Positions 37,140-46,013 of a stretch of 46,079 nt of DNA are shown here, in pieces. Numbering within the stretch: the stretch's first letter is position 1; the number at the start of each line of letters is the position of its first letter. Below the pieces are notes generated by a model that saw nothing but the letters and a program-made list of their open reading frames with translations, ran no database searches and was not told the DNA's origin. This DNA comes from Thermodesulfobacteriota bacterium (GTDB lineage Bacteria; Desulfobacterota; Desulfobulbia; Desulfobulbales; SURF-16). A program made the position numbers and the translations under genes. The stretch is from positions 1-46,079 of the forward strand of contig JBFMAY010000034.1 in assembly GCA_040755455.1 (NCBI GenBank), in the 5' to 3' direction.

Positions 37140-39374
37140 TCACACCTTGAACTGGTTGACGATCTTCTGCAGCTGTTCTGCCATCCTGGCCAGTTCCGCC
37201 GCGCTGGCATTGGTCTCGGTGGCCCCTGCGGCGGTGTTCTGGGTAGCCTTGCTGATATCCTGGATGTTCGAGGTGATCTCGTTGGCCGCAGTGGAGGCGG
37301 AGTGGACATTGCTGGCGATCTCGCTGGCCCCCTTGGATGAATTGCCGACACTCATGGCGATCTCATCGATGGTGGCCGACTGCTGCTCCACCGCGCTGGC
37401 AATGGTATGGGAGATGGTGTTGATTTCGGCAATGATCTGCACGATGGTGTCGATTGACGCCACCGCATTGGCCGTATTATCCCGCATACCCTCGATCTGG
37501 GCGCCTATTTCCTCGGTGGCCACCGCTGTCTGCTTGGCCAGTTCCTTGACCTCGTTGGCGACCACGGCAAAACCCTTGCCCGCCTCCCCGGCCGAGGCCG
37601 CCTCGATGGTGGCGTTCAAGGCCAGCAGATTGGTCTGGTCGGCAATATCGTTGATCGTGTCAAGCACCTTGGCGATTTCGATGGAGGAACTGTTCAGCCG
37701 CTTCATGATCTCGTTGGCATCGCTGGCCTTTTCGTCGGCGTTGGCGGCCACCTTTGACGCCTGGGTGCAGTTTTTCGATACCTCGCTCAGCGAGGCGCTC
37801 ATCTCCTCGATGGCGGTGCCCACCGTGCTTACCGAGGTTGACATTTCCTCGGCCGCGGTGGCCATGTTGTTCATGTTGGCCGACAATTCCTCGGTGGCGG
37901 TGGCCACTGTGGCGGCCTGGGTGCTCATCTCCTCGGCGCTGGCCGCCATTTCGGTGGAAGTGGCTGACAGTTCCTCGGAGGCGCCGGAAAGGGTGGTGGT
38001 CGAGGCGGCGATGTTTCTGATCATCTCCTGCAGTTTGTGGACAAAGAGGTTGAAATACTCGGCCAGGTTACCCACCTCGTCCTTGGAGCTGACCTCGATC
38101 CTCTTGGTGAGATCGCCTTCACCCTGGGCGATATCCTTCAGCATGCCCACGGTCTTGTCGATGGGTTTTGTAATGGTGCGGGCCACGAACCACAGGGCCA
38201 GCAGCGACAGGACCAGGGCGATAAGTACAGTGCCGCTGATCCGCAGCAGCATGGATTTCAGCTGGTCGTTGACCGCGGTCTCCATCTCCGCCACCCGTTC
38301 GTCGATCTCATGCATCCACACCCCGGTGCCGACCACCCAGTTGAGCGGTTTGAACAGCCGGGCATAGCTCAGCTTCGGCTGGTTTTCCGTCTGGCCGCCC
38401 TTGGCCTGCCGGGGCCAGATATAATCCACATAGCCGTCGCCGTTCTGCACGCTGAGATCCACCATGGCCTTCATCAGATTTTCATTGCGGCCAAAGGCCT
38501 GATTGAATTTCGGATCGTTCATGATCTTGCCTTCCAGGGCGGGATCCATGGGATGCATGACCATGACCGGATAGGGGGTGGTGGTGTCCAGGATGAAAAA
38601 GTAGTTCTCGCCCCTGTCATAACGCATGTTGCGCACATCGCTTTTGGCCTTGTCAATGGCATCCTGCATGGCCTCGTCCACATAGATGCCGGTGCCCAGG
38701 ATCCAGTTCCACTCCTTGACGAGACGGACATAGGAAATCTTGAGCTGCTCCTCGGTCAGACCGTCCTTGGTGGGCCGGGGCCAGGTGTAATCAACAAATC
38801 CCGCGCCGTTCACCGCGCAGACGTCCACCATGGCCTTGAACAGGTTTTCCTTGCGGCCCAGGGCCCGGTTATATTTCGGGTCATCCAGCACCTTGCCTTC
38901 CAGTGCAGGTTCGACAGGATGCATGATGGAGACGGGATAGGGCCTGGCATTGTCGGTGATGAAAACATAGCCCGCGCCGCGGTCATAGCGGAGCATGCGG
39001 ATTTCATCCGCCGCCCACTGCTGGGCCCTGGCCTGGGTGAATTCGCCTTTGGCCACCCGGTTCATCGCCTCTTTGATCTTTCCCTCGGCGATATCGATGG
39101 TGTTGGTCAGCTGCCGGCCGTAACGCTTGCTGAGATAGGCGGGATCGGTGGCGCTGGTGTAATTGGACTCAATGGTCGAGTAGGCGACGTCCACATAGTT
39201 CTTGAGAAGGGCTTTCACCTTTTCCGTTTCCTTGACCCGGAAGACATCGATTTCCTTCTGGGCATTGCTCCTGATATTCTGGATGACGATGGTTGAGGTC
39301 AAAAGCATGGCCAGAAGCAGGAGGACACCACTGCTTGTGATGATTTTCCACCGTATTTTCAGATTGTTGAACAT
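37140..39374 (-). CDS. Methyl-accepting chemotaxis protein with two sCache_2-like sensor repeats
   Basis: TM, two YDRG..Y.F...MHP...LEGK...GYVDY.WP...K.SY...WxxGTG repeats, TM, HAMP, signalling domain ([34 protein letters not shown]). Start at 39374 follows AAGGAGG; 39395 is an alternative. Confidence 0.93.
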   Translation of the reverse strand: MFNNLKIRWKIITSSGVLLLLAMLLTSTIVIQNIRSNAQKEIDVFRVKETEKVKALLKNYVDVAYSTIESNYTSATDPAYLSKRYGRQLTNTIDIAEGKIKEAMNRVAKGEFTQARAQQWAADEIRMLRYDRGAGYVFITDNARPYPVSIMHPVEPALEGKVLDDPKYNRALGRKENLFKAMVDVCAVNGAGFVDYTWPRPTKDGLTEEQLKISYVRLVKEWNWILGTGIYVDEAMQDAIDKAKSDVRNMRYDRGENYFFILDTTTPYPVMVMHPMDPALEGKIMNDPKFNQAFGRNENLMKAMVDLSVQNGDGYVDYIWPRQAKGGQTENQPKLSYARLFKPLNWVVGTGVWMHEIDERVAEMETAVNDQLKSMLLRISGTVLIALVLSLLALWFVARTITKPIDKTVGMLKDIAQGEGDLTKRIEVSSKDEVGNLAEYFNLFVHKLQEMIRNIAASTTTLSGASEELSATSTEMAASAEEMSTQAATVATATEELSANMNNMATAAEEMSTSVSTVGTAIEEMSASLSEVSKNCTQASKVAANADEKASDANEIMKRLNSSSIEIAKVLDTINDIADQTNLLALNATIEAASAGEAGKGFAVVANEVKELAKQTAVATEEIGAQIEGMRDNTANAVASIDTIVQIIAEINTISHTIASAVEQQSATIDEIAMSVGNSSKGASEIASNVHSASTAANEITSNIQDISKATQNTAAGATETNASAAELARMAEQLQKIVNQFKV

Positions 39375-39459
39375 GAGAAAGGCCTCCTTTTTCATTTTCC
39401 TCCGGCAGCTTGTGCCGCCTTGTGGAGGTAGTCATGGATTGAACATGCCATGGATGAAT

Positions 39460-39945
39460 TTACGCACTATTTTTTTCAGAGCTCAGCGCCGCGCCGGTTT
39501 TCAGGATAACCAGCAGATCGGTTTCCCGCTGGATGACGCCGCTCAGGTACCGGCTGTCGATATTGCCGAAATTGGCCGGCGGCGCCTGGACTTCCTTGTC
39601 GAGCGCCGTGATCATGTCACCGATCCGGTCGACAAAGAGCCCCACCATCTCGCCGGTCGTTTCCTCCTCAAGCTCGGCGGAGTGCGGCAGCAGGGCCAGC
39701 TCCGCCGTGGTCTTGAGCACGATGCAGCGGGAGCGGGCGGTGGGCTGACGCGCCGCAAAGCCCAGTCTGACACCGATATCGATCACCGTGATGATCTGGC
39801 CCCGGAGATTGAGCAGGCCGCGGATAAAAATCGGGGCCCCGGCCACTTCGCTGATCTCCAGCTGGCGGTTGATCTCCTTGACCAGCAGGATATCAATGCC
39901 GCAGTGCATTTCACCGATATAGAAGGTGGTAAACTGTTTTTCCAT
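39460..39945 (-). CDS. cheW: Chemotaxis coupling protein
   Basis: GIDILLVKEI, GLLNLRGQIITVID, GLFVDRIGD. Confidence 0.93.
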   Translation of the reverse strand: MEKQFTTFYIGEMHCGIDILLVKEINRQLEISEVAGAPIFIRGLLNLRGQIITVIDIGVRLGFAARQPTARSRCIVLKTTAELALLPHSAELEEETTGEMVGLFVDRIGDMITALDKEVQAPPANFGNIDSRYLSGVIQRETDLLVILKTGAALSSEKNSA

Positions 39946-39975
39946 GGTCTTTTTTCCTGGGGCCGTCAGTGATGG

Positions 39976-42900
39976 TTACCTGACGGCGGCCGGGGTCGCC
40001 GGCCTGTGCATTCTGCCTGACATGACCTCACCGATGGTCTGCAGCAGATGCTCCCTGTCCAGTTTGGTTTCATAGGCGTCCACCCCGGCGGCAAGGATGC
40101 GGGCGCGGTCGCTTTCCCCCATGAGGGAGGTGAGGGCGATGATCGGCATGTGCTTTAAAGCGGAAGCGTCCCGGACCCGCTCGGTCAGTTCGATGCCGTC
40201 CAGCCCCGGCATGACGATATCGGTGACCAGCAGGTCATAAGCCGCCTGGCCCAGCATCTCCCAGGCCTCCATTCCGTCCCTTGCCACCTCGACCTCGCAG
40301 CCGATGCTTTCCAGATAGTTGTGGATCACGGCCCGGAAAAAGCCGGTGTCTTCCGCCAGCAGCACCCTGATGCCGCGCAGCTTGTCATGTTCATCCCCGG
40401 CCTTTGCCCGGGAGGGATCCGCTGCCTCAAAAAGGCTGTAAATGTTGAGCACCACGATCAGGCCCTCTGCCAGGGACAGAGAGCCGATGATGCCGGGGCC
40501 GGTGATGGTTTTGCGGTTGATCTCCTCGCTGGTGGCGATGATGTCCACGATTTTGCTGGCCACGATGCCCATGGGGTCGGCCACCAGTTTCGGGATGATC
40601 ACATAAAAGGTCTCCGGGGTCGCGGCCGGTTCCTGCACCGGCAGGAAATGATGCAGCCGGAGAATGCGCATGGAGGAGCCTTCATAGGTGATGTACTCCA
40701 GGTCGCCGATCTGTTTGATGGAAACGGCGCTGATCTTTTCGATGCGCGCCACCATGGCGAGATTGACGGCAAACAGCTCGGCGGTGCCGTTGCGAAAGAG
40801 CAGCAGGGACTGGGCCTCCCGCATGGCTTCGCGCTGAAAGCGGTCGGCCTGGAGGGCTCCTTCTTTTTTGATGGTGTCGGCGAACTTGAGCCCGGCTGCC
40901 TCGGCAAGTCCCGCGGCGTCAAGGATCATCGCCACCCGGCCGTCGCCCATGATGGTGGTGCCGCAGTAAAAGGGGCAATTATGGAAATAGGATGACAGGG
41001 GTTTGACCACGATCTCCTCGTTGTCAAAGAGCCGTTCAACGATGAGGCCGTAACGGTCCGGCCCGACCTTGAGCACCAGGATGTTGAGGGCGTTGGCGGC
41101 CCGCACCCGGCGGCTCGGCGTTTTCCGCCTCTCCTCCGGCGTGTCCTTTTCGTTCTCGTCCACTGTTTCTTCGCCGTTGCCGGCCGTTGCGCCCCGGCGG
41201 TCGATGATGCCCTTGCGCAGGTCCGGCCGGCGCACCCCTTTGCTGTCCACGTAGGTGCGTTCCATGCCCAGGGTTTCGTCCAGTCTGATGAGCGGCAGCA
41301 GTTTGTTGCGCAGGCGGAGAACGGGCCTGTTCTGGATTTCCTCTATTTTTTCCTCAATATCCCTGGCCCTGATGCGGACAAGCTCCTCCAGGTTGACCTG
41401 GGGCACGGCAAAGGTGCGGCCCCCGGCGCTGATGATCAGCGAGGGAATGATGGCCAGGGTCAGGGGCAGCTTGAGATTGATCCGGGTGCCCTTGCCCGGC
41501 GTGGAGTCAATGCCCACCTCGCCGCCCAGTTTCTCGATGTTGGTGCGCACCACGTCCATGCCGACCCCCCGGCCGGAAACATCGCTCACCACCTGGGCGG
41601 TGGAAAGACCGGGGGTGAAGATCAGCGCCATGGCCTCCTCATGGGTCAGCATGGCCGCCTCTTCCCGGCTGATGCAGCCGGCGGAGATTGCCTTGTCGAC
41701 AATGCGCTCCACATCCAGGCCCGCCCCGTCGTCGATGATGTCGATGTTGACCATGCCCGCCTCATGGTGCGCCCGTAACAGAATCTTGCCGAAGGAGGTT
41801 TTGCCCGCGGCGGTGCGGACCGCCGGGGTCTCGATGCCATGGTCGGCGCAGTTGCGGATCAGGTGGGTCAGAGGGTCGCCCAGGGTTTCGATGACCGATT
41901 TGTCCAGCTCCACATCGCTGCCTTCCACCGTTAGCTGGATCTCCTTGCCCAGTTTTTTCGCCATGTCGCGGATGAGGCGGGGGAATTTGGAGAATACCGC
42001 GTCAACGGGCTGCATGCGGGTGTTCATGATATTGTTCTGCAGCTTGCTGGTGACCAGGTCGACATTCTGCATGAGCCCGGAAATGCCGGGCATGTCGATG
42101 AGGTTGAAACCGAGTGAGTAGCGGAAGTTGTTGAGAACCTGGCCGAGCTCCCGGTCCACCGCGGCCAGCAGCCGGTCATTTTTCCTGTTTTCGTCCTTGA
42201 GGCGCGGGTCGCTCTGGATGGAGCCGTGCAGGATTTTGCGGGAGTTGGCCAGCCCCGCCTCAAAGCGTTTGAGGGCGGCGGTTGAGGACAGGGCGCTTGA
42301 GATCTTGCGGTTCAGGGCCTGCTTCATCTGGTTTCTGCCGAGGACCAGTTCTCCGGCCAGGGCCATCAGGTTGTTGAGCAGGCTGACCTTGACGCGAATG
42401 GTCTCAACCCGGTCCTGTTTTTTTGTCTTGCGCAGAGCCGCGGCGGCGGCCTCCTTGTCTTCCTGGGCAGCTTCCGGGTTTTCCGGCGGCTGGCCGGCGG
42501 CAGATTCATGTTCCCCCTGGCCCTTGCCGGCGCAACGAACGGCAACACATCCGCTGTCGGCAATGCCGATGGTTTTGACCAGAAAATCCTGATCCAGCAC
42601 GGTGGCGTAGAGAATGTCAAGGGTTGCCGGCTGCTCCTCATCGCCCGCCAAGGCCTGGATGTCCGCCTGGGAAGGATCACTGGCAATGATATCGCCGATC
42701 TCGGCCAGGGCAACGAGCAGTTGCGCGCCGCTTCGGTTGTGCCGGCCGAGATCGGCCGGACAGTGGATGGCGAGGTGATAGAGATGCTGGCCGTTGCGCA
42801 TGCGGGCGCGGATCTGCTCGGCGGTGAGGCCGAAACGGTCAAGGCCGGCAACGGGGCTGAACTGCGCAACAACCTTTTCCGTAGCTGCGGGGGGGAAGGA

Positions 42901-43293
42901 CTGCTGGTCGCCCTGCAGCAGTTGCAGCAGTTGGGTGCATTCCGCCTCGATGGGGCAGGACTCGGATGCCTTGACGTCATCAAGCATCATGCGCAGTTTA
43001 TCCACCCCGGCGAGCAGGGCGTCGGCCATGGGCGGGGAGATGGCGATTTTCCCGTCGCGCACCTGCATGAGCACGCTTTCCATGGCGTGGCTCAGGCCCT
43101 GGATGTTTTTCAGGCCGTAGAAACCGAAGCCGCCTTTGATGCTGTGAATGGCGCGGAAGATACTGTTGATGATTTCTCCGGAGACCTTGCCGCCCTCCTT
43201 TTCAAGGGCAAGGAGGTTGGGCTCGATATTTTCGAGATGCTCCTTGGATTCAATGATAAGTTCATCCAGTATGTCGTCATCTGGTTCTGACAT
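39976..43293 (-). CDS. cheA: Hybrid CheA (Hpt-dimerisation-HATPase-CheW-CheW-REC)
   Basis: FRAIHSIKG Hpt; HLIRNCADHGIE, DDGAG, SGRGVGMDVV, LPLTLAI; two CheW-like domains; C-terminal REC (LAED, TDIVMP, TSL, TK). Confidence 0.95.
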   Translation of the reverse strand: MSEPDDDILDELIIESKEHLENIEPNLLALEKEGGKVSGEIINSIFRAIHSIKGGFGFYGLKNIQGLSHAMESVLMQVRDGKIAISPPMADALLAGVDKLRMMLDDVKASESCPIEAECTQLLQLLQGDQQSFPPAATEKVVAQFSPVAGLDRFGLTAEQIRARMRNGQHLYHLAIHCPADLGRHNRSGAQLLVALAEIGDIIASDPSQADIQALAGDEEQPATLDILYATVLDQDFLVKTIGIADSGCVAVRCAGKGQGEHESAAGQPPENPEAAQEDKEAAAAALRKTKKQDRVETIRVKVSLLNNLMALAGELVLGRNQMKQALNRKISSALSSTAALKRFEAGLANSRKILHGSIQSDPRLKDENRKNDRLLAAVDRELGQVLNNFRYSLGFNLIDMPGISGLMQNVDLVTSKLQNNIMNTRMQPVDAVFSKFPRLIRDMAKKLGKEIQLTVEGSDVELDKSVIETLGDPLTHLIRNCADHGIETPAVRTAAGKTSFGKILLRAHHEAGMVNIDIIDDGAGLDVERIVDKAISAGCISREEAAMLTHEEAMALIFTPGLSTAQVVSDVSGRGVGMDVVRTNIEKLGGEVGIDSTPGKGTRINLKLPLTLAIIPSLIISAGGRTFAVPQVNLEELVRIRARDIEEKIEEIQNRPVLRLRNKLLPLIRLDETLGMERTYVDSKGVRRPDLRKGIIDRRGATAGNGEETVDENEKDTPEERRKTPSRRVRAANALNILVLKVGPDRYGLIVERLFDNEEIVVKPLSSYFHNCPFYCGTTIMGDGRVAMILDAAGLAEAAGLKFADTIKKEGALQADRFQREAMREAQSLLLFRNGTAELFAVNLAMVARIEKISAVSIKQIGDLEYITYEGSSMRILRLHHFLPVQEPAATPETFYVIIPKLVADPMGIVASKIVDIIATSEEINRKTITGPGIIGSLSLAEGLIVVLNIYSLFEAADPSRAKAGDEHDKLRGIRVLLAEDTGFFRAVIHNYLESIGCEVEVARDGMEAWEMLGQAAYDLLVTDIVMPGLDGIELTERVRDASALKHMPIIALTSLMGESDRARILAAGVDAYETKLDREHLLQTIGEVMSGRMHRPATPAAVR

Positions 43294-43476
43294 CGCTTAT
43301 GTCCTTATAGAAAAGAGCTCGGCAAATAGACGGCAAAATAGACTGAGTGGAAGAGCAACGGGCGCAAGAAGCAAACAGTCGAGCAATAAGCACAGCCCGT
43401 GTCGGGCTACCTTGTAGTATAGAATCAGGCTATAATATTTTGATAATGAATGTCAAAAGAAACTTCCTGGCTGAAT

Positions 43477-44343
43477 TTAACGGTTAATGCCGCGGGCAAC
43501 ATTCCGGCAATGACGGAAGGTGTAATGGTCCTTGGCGTCAATGGCCCTGAGCAGGGCACTGGTTGATTCCACGTAGCCCGGCCTCACCTGCTGATAGATA
43601 TCGGTGAACTGTTTTTTCAGATTGTCGATGCTGCCATTGTCAATGAGTTCCACCGGTTCATCGTTTTTCCCGGTCCAGATGCGGACCATGTTTCTGCCGG
43701 AGTTTTTGGCCAGATAGAGGACCTGATCGGCCCTGGCAATCATTTCGCTCCAGGCCTGCATATCAGGGCGGTAATCGGCAAGCCCGATGCTCACCGTGAT
43801 CCTGGCGCTGTTTTCGCCATCGGAAAAGACATGCCCGGCGATTGTCCGGTGCAGGCGGAGGACGTATTCCATTGCCTCTTCAAGCGGGCGGGGGATAATG
43901 ATCATGAATTCCTCCCCGCCGTATCTGCCGCAGATGTCCGAGGACCGGGCCGTATCCTTTAACAGGGCGCCCAGTTTTTTGAGAACAAAGTCGCCGAACT
44001 GATGGCCGTAGGTGTCATTGAACAGCTTGAAATTATCGATATCGACCAGCACGCAGGAGAGCCCGCTGTTGTATCGCTTGGCCCGGTTGAACTCGCAATT
44101 GCAGCGCTCCATCATGAACCGGTGATTATAGAGGGCGGTCAAACCGTCCGTGTACGACAGCCGGGCGAGTTCCAGGTTGCTGGCGGTGAGCTCATCGATC
44201 TGCTGTTGCCTGCTGTGCAGCAGGGCCGTTAATTGATCGATTATCCGATCCCGGGCGATTTCTTTTGCCGTGCGTGATTTGTTTTGCGTTTTCAGATGAG
44301 CAATCTCGGCCAGCAGCAGATCAAAGTCAGATTGATGGTCCAT
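43477..44343 (-). CDS. Diguanylate cyclase (coiled coil-GGDEF) ending in a truncated HD-GYP stub
   Basis: TDGLTALYN, DIDNFKLFNDTYGHQFGD, RSSD I-site, GGEEF, AKNSGRN; the tail ALLRAIDAKDHYTFRHCRNVA then stops. ATG at 44343 follows GGGAGGG. Confidence 0.88.
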   Translation of the reverse strand: MDHQSDFDLLLAEIAHLKTQNKSRTAKEIARDRIIDQLTALLHSRQQQIDELTASNLELARLSYTDGLTALYNHRFMMERCNCEFNRAKRYNSGLSCVLVDIDNFKLFNDTYGHQFGDFVLKKLGALLKDTARSSDICGRYGGEEFMIIIPRPLEEAMEYVLRLHRTIAGHVFSDGENSARITVSIGLADYRPDMQAWSEMIARADQVLYLAKNSGRNMVRIWTGKNDEPVELIDNGSIDNLKKQFTDIYQQVRPGYVESTSALLRAIDAKDHYTFRHCRNVARGINR

Positions 44344-44424
44344 GAACCCTCCCAGGTTAAAAAAGTTCATCCTGGCCTGAGATGGACGCAGACCTTTGCC
44401 GCTGCACCGGCAGGGTTCATGCTC

Positions 44425-44508
44425 CACCTACGGCAGCCCGGCTGTCTCATGATGAAATCCGTGGCTTTCCGTCCCCGCCTTGCGACGGGTTTGGCCTTTT
44501 CATAGGTG
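44425..44508 (-). promoter_or_regulatory. Cyclic di-GMP-I (GEMM-I) riboswitch aptamer
   Basis: Minus strand reads CACCTATGAAAAG-GCCAAACCCGTC-GCAA-GGCGGGGACGGAAAGCCACGGATTTCATCATGAGACAGCCGGGCTGC-CGTAGGTG. This gives P1 (CACCTATG/CGTAGGTG), P2 with a GNRA loop, a GACGGAAAGC junction and a GACAGCCGGGCTGCC P3 end, all matching the GEMM-I consensus. Confidence 0.88.
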
Positions 44509-45243
44509 TGGAAATGCTGTTATTAAAATTTTTTAATACATGAATTATGCCAGCCTTTCTTTTTATTTTTAGAAAAATGTTTTTAAGAAATATGGGCGAG
44601 ATGAGGGTGATTTGCTAAAAATTATTATTAAAGCCGTGTTTGCCTGATTTGTTATTTCCCCCTTTTTTACCGGCGTTGCCGGTGTTTTTTGGGTGATATG
44701 GCGCAAAGGCGGGGGTGCTGATAAAGAGATGAGCAGCGATTTGGTGCTATAGGTGATCAGGGGCACTTCAGGCTGTTCCTGCGGCAACAATTTTTCGGGA
44801 TTACACTGAAAATGAAGATGGTGTTTACCCGGCAGTTGTTAATCATTGCGGATGACATCTTCATGAAGTAAGAAAAAGCAAAGAACTTCTGCGGGGAATC
44901 TTGCCTGCGGATTTTCATTAACGGTTCATTTGTTTTTGGAAATAGTTTGACTCTGGAAAGTATCAATTCCTAGAGATTCCATGAATCGATTTCGCGGTAA
45001 TTTTTTTGTTGCGTATATTCAGGAATTCAAAAAATACACGTCATATTTTCCTTGCAAAGTATTGCACCTGATAGAATAGTGGCATTGTTGGGGAGGAAGT
45101 ATTGACTTTTATGTACGAATAAAAGCCAAAAGTGGACTTGACCCTTTTTATTAGTTTTTTTTAGTCGACTTAAAATATTGGTATATAATTTGCTTTTATC
45201 GCTAACACCACAAATATGGCTATTGATAGGACGAATTCCGTCC

Positions 45244-45263
45244 AGCTAATAACTTGTTCGGCA
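45244..45263 (+). other. attI-like recombination site / left cassette boundary
   Basis: AGCTAAT-AACTT-GTTCGGC resembles the attI simple-site layout (degenerate L box, 5-bp spacer, GTT core). GTTCGGCA (45256-45263) is the exact reverse complement of TGCCGAAC at the downstream attC. Confidence 0.55.
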
Positions 45264-46007
45264 CAAATGAATAGAAGTTCCGTAAAAAGAGATTAAACAT
45301 GCAGCTCACCAAAGACGATTATTATCCCTTGGTAACGGTCCGCAAGCTTCAAGAGGCTGAACTTTTCTTAAAGCTCACCAAAAAATATATGATATCAGAT
45401 CCTTTTTCATCAGAAGCTATGTTTAATGCCTTTATTCAATCAGTCTGGAGTGTCACGCAATATCTGAAAAAAGAGCTAACAGATTTCGATAAAAACGAAA
45501 TTACAAATGGGGCATTGGATTGGTACAATAATGCCATAGAAAAAATTAAAATAAACAGGACTTGTCGATTGTTTTGGGAACTGCGCACAGAATGTGCTCA
45601 TAGGCAAGTAGTTGAACCAAAGCCGATTTTTTCAGTCACTCTTCAAGCCAATGAAACAATTTGCAATATCGAAGGTTTTTTTTATCTGCAATTTTGAAAA
45701 GAAAATGAGTGGATTTAAAGACTATGGCAGCAAAAACTTGCTATCTTTAGCCGATGAACACATCAGTATTATTAAATCAATAGTGGAAGAAGCAGTGGAT
45801 AAATTTGGTTTTAAGGAGCGTCCTTTAAAAAATTTCCATACTAAGCCAGGATACATTAAGCTCGAAGCCAAAGTTAAGGTTATGAATACAGCTTTAGCTG
45901 GAATGCTAAAATCACAAAAACAAAATTAATTAAAAGATTATGCCGAACCTTTTTCTCCACCTGACCGGTGTTCCGCTGCCGCTCCACACCGGCAGGTGAG
46001 AAATTCG
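45257..46007 (+). mobile_element. Integron-type gene cassette (751 bp)
   Basis: Low-GC single-gene unit bounded by a G/TTCGGC core on the left and an attC on the right. Confidence 0.75.
45299..45929 (+). pseudogene. Frameshifted cassette gene, putative HEPN-like (Rx4H) protein
   Basis: ORFs 45299-45697 and 45612-45929 join if one T is removed from the T8 run at 45676-45683, giving 209 aa. Helical protein with an RTECAH motif (45584-45601). Confidence 0.6.
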
Positions 46008-46013
46008 TTGGCA
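45942..46013 (+). other. attC site (72 bp)
   Basis: R'' GCCGAAC, 5 nt, L'' TCTCCACC ... L' GGTGAGA, 5 nt, R' GTTGGCA. The arms pair with one extra C and one extra A on the top strand, i.e. the canonical extrahelical G and T on the bottom strand. Confidence 0.85.

Noticed and set aside
556..43290. Long antisense or alternative-frame ORFs (e.g. 556-1521, 1751-2992, 8622-10370, 17309-18577, 37147-38367, 38037-39296)
   Set aside because: Shadow ORFs of well-supported genes in GC-rich DNA, with no recognisable motifs.
43477..44508. 3',3'-cGAMP system (Hypr GGDEF plus GEMM-Ib riboswitch)
   Set aside because: The aptamer resembles the Geobacter type but has G at the selectivity position, and the enzyme has Asp, not Ser, in GHQFGD.
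44537..44552. Sigma54-like promoter TGGCATAATTCATGTA (minus strand) upstream of the riboswitch
   Set aside because: Good -24 element and plausible position, but the -12 reads GT instead of the near-invariant GC.
44569..44966. Short ORFs in the AT-rich gap as an intI remnant
   Set aside because: No tyrosine-recombinase motifs and no convincing starts.
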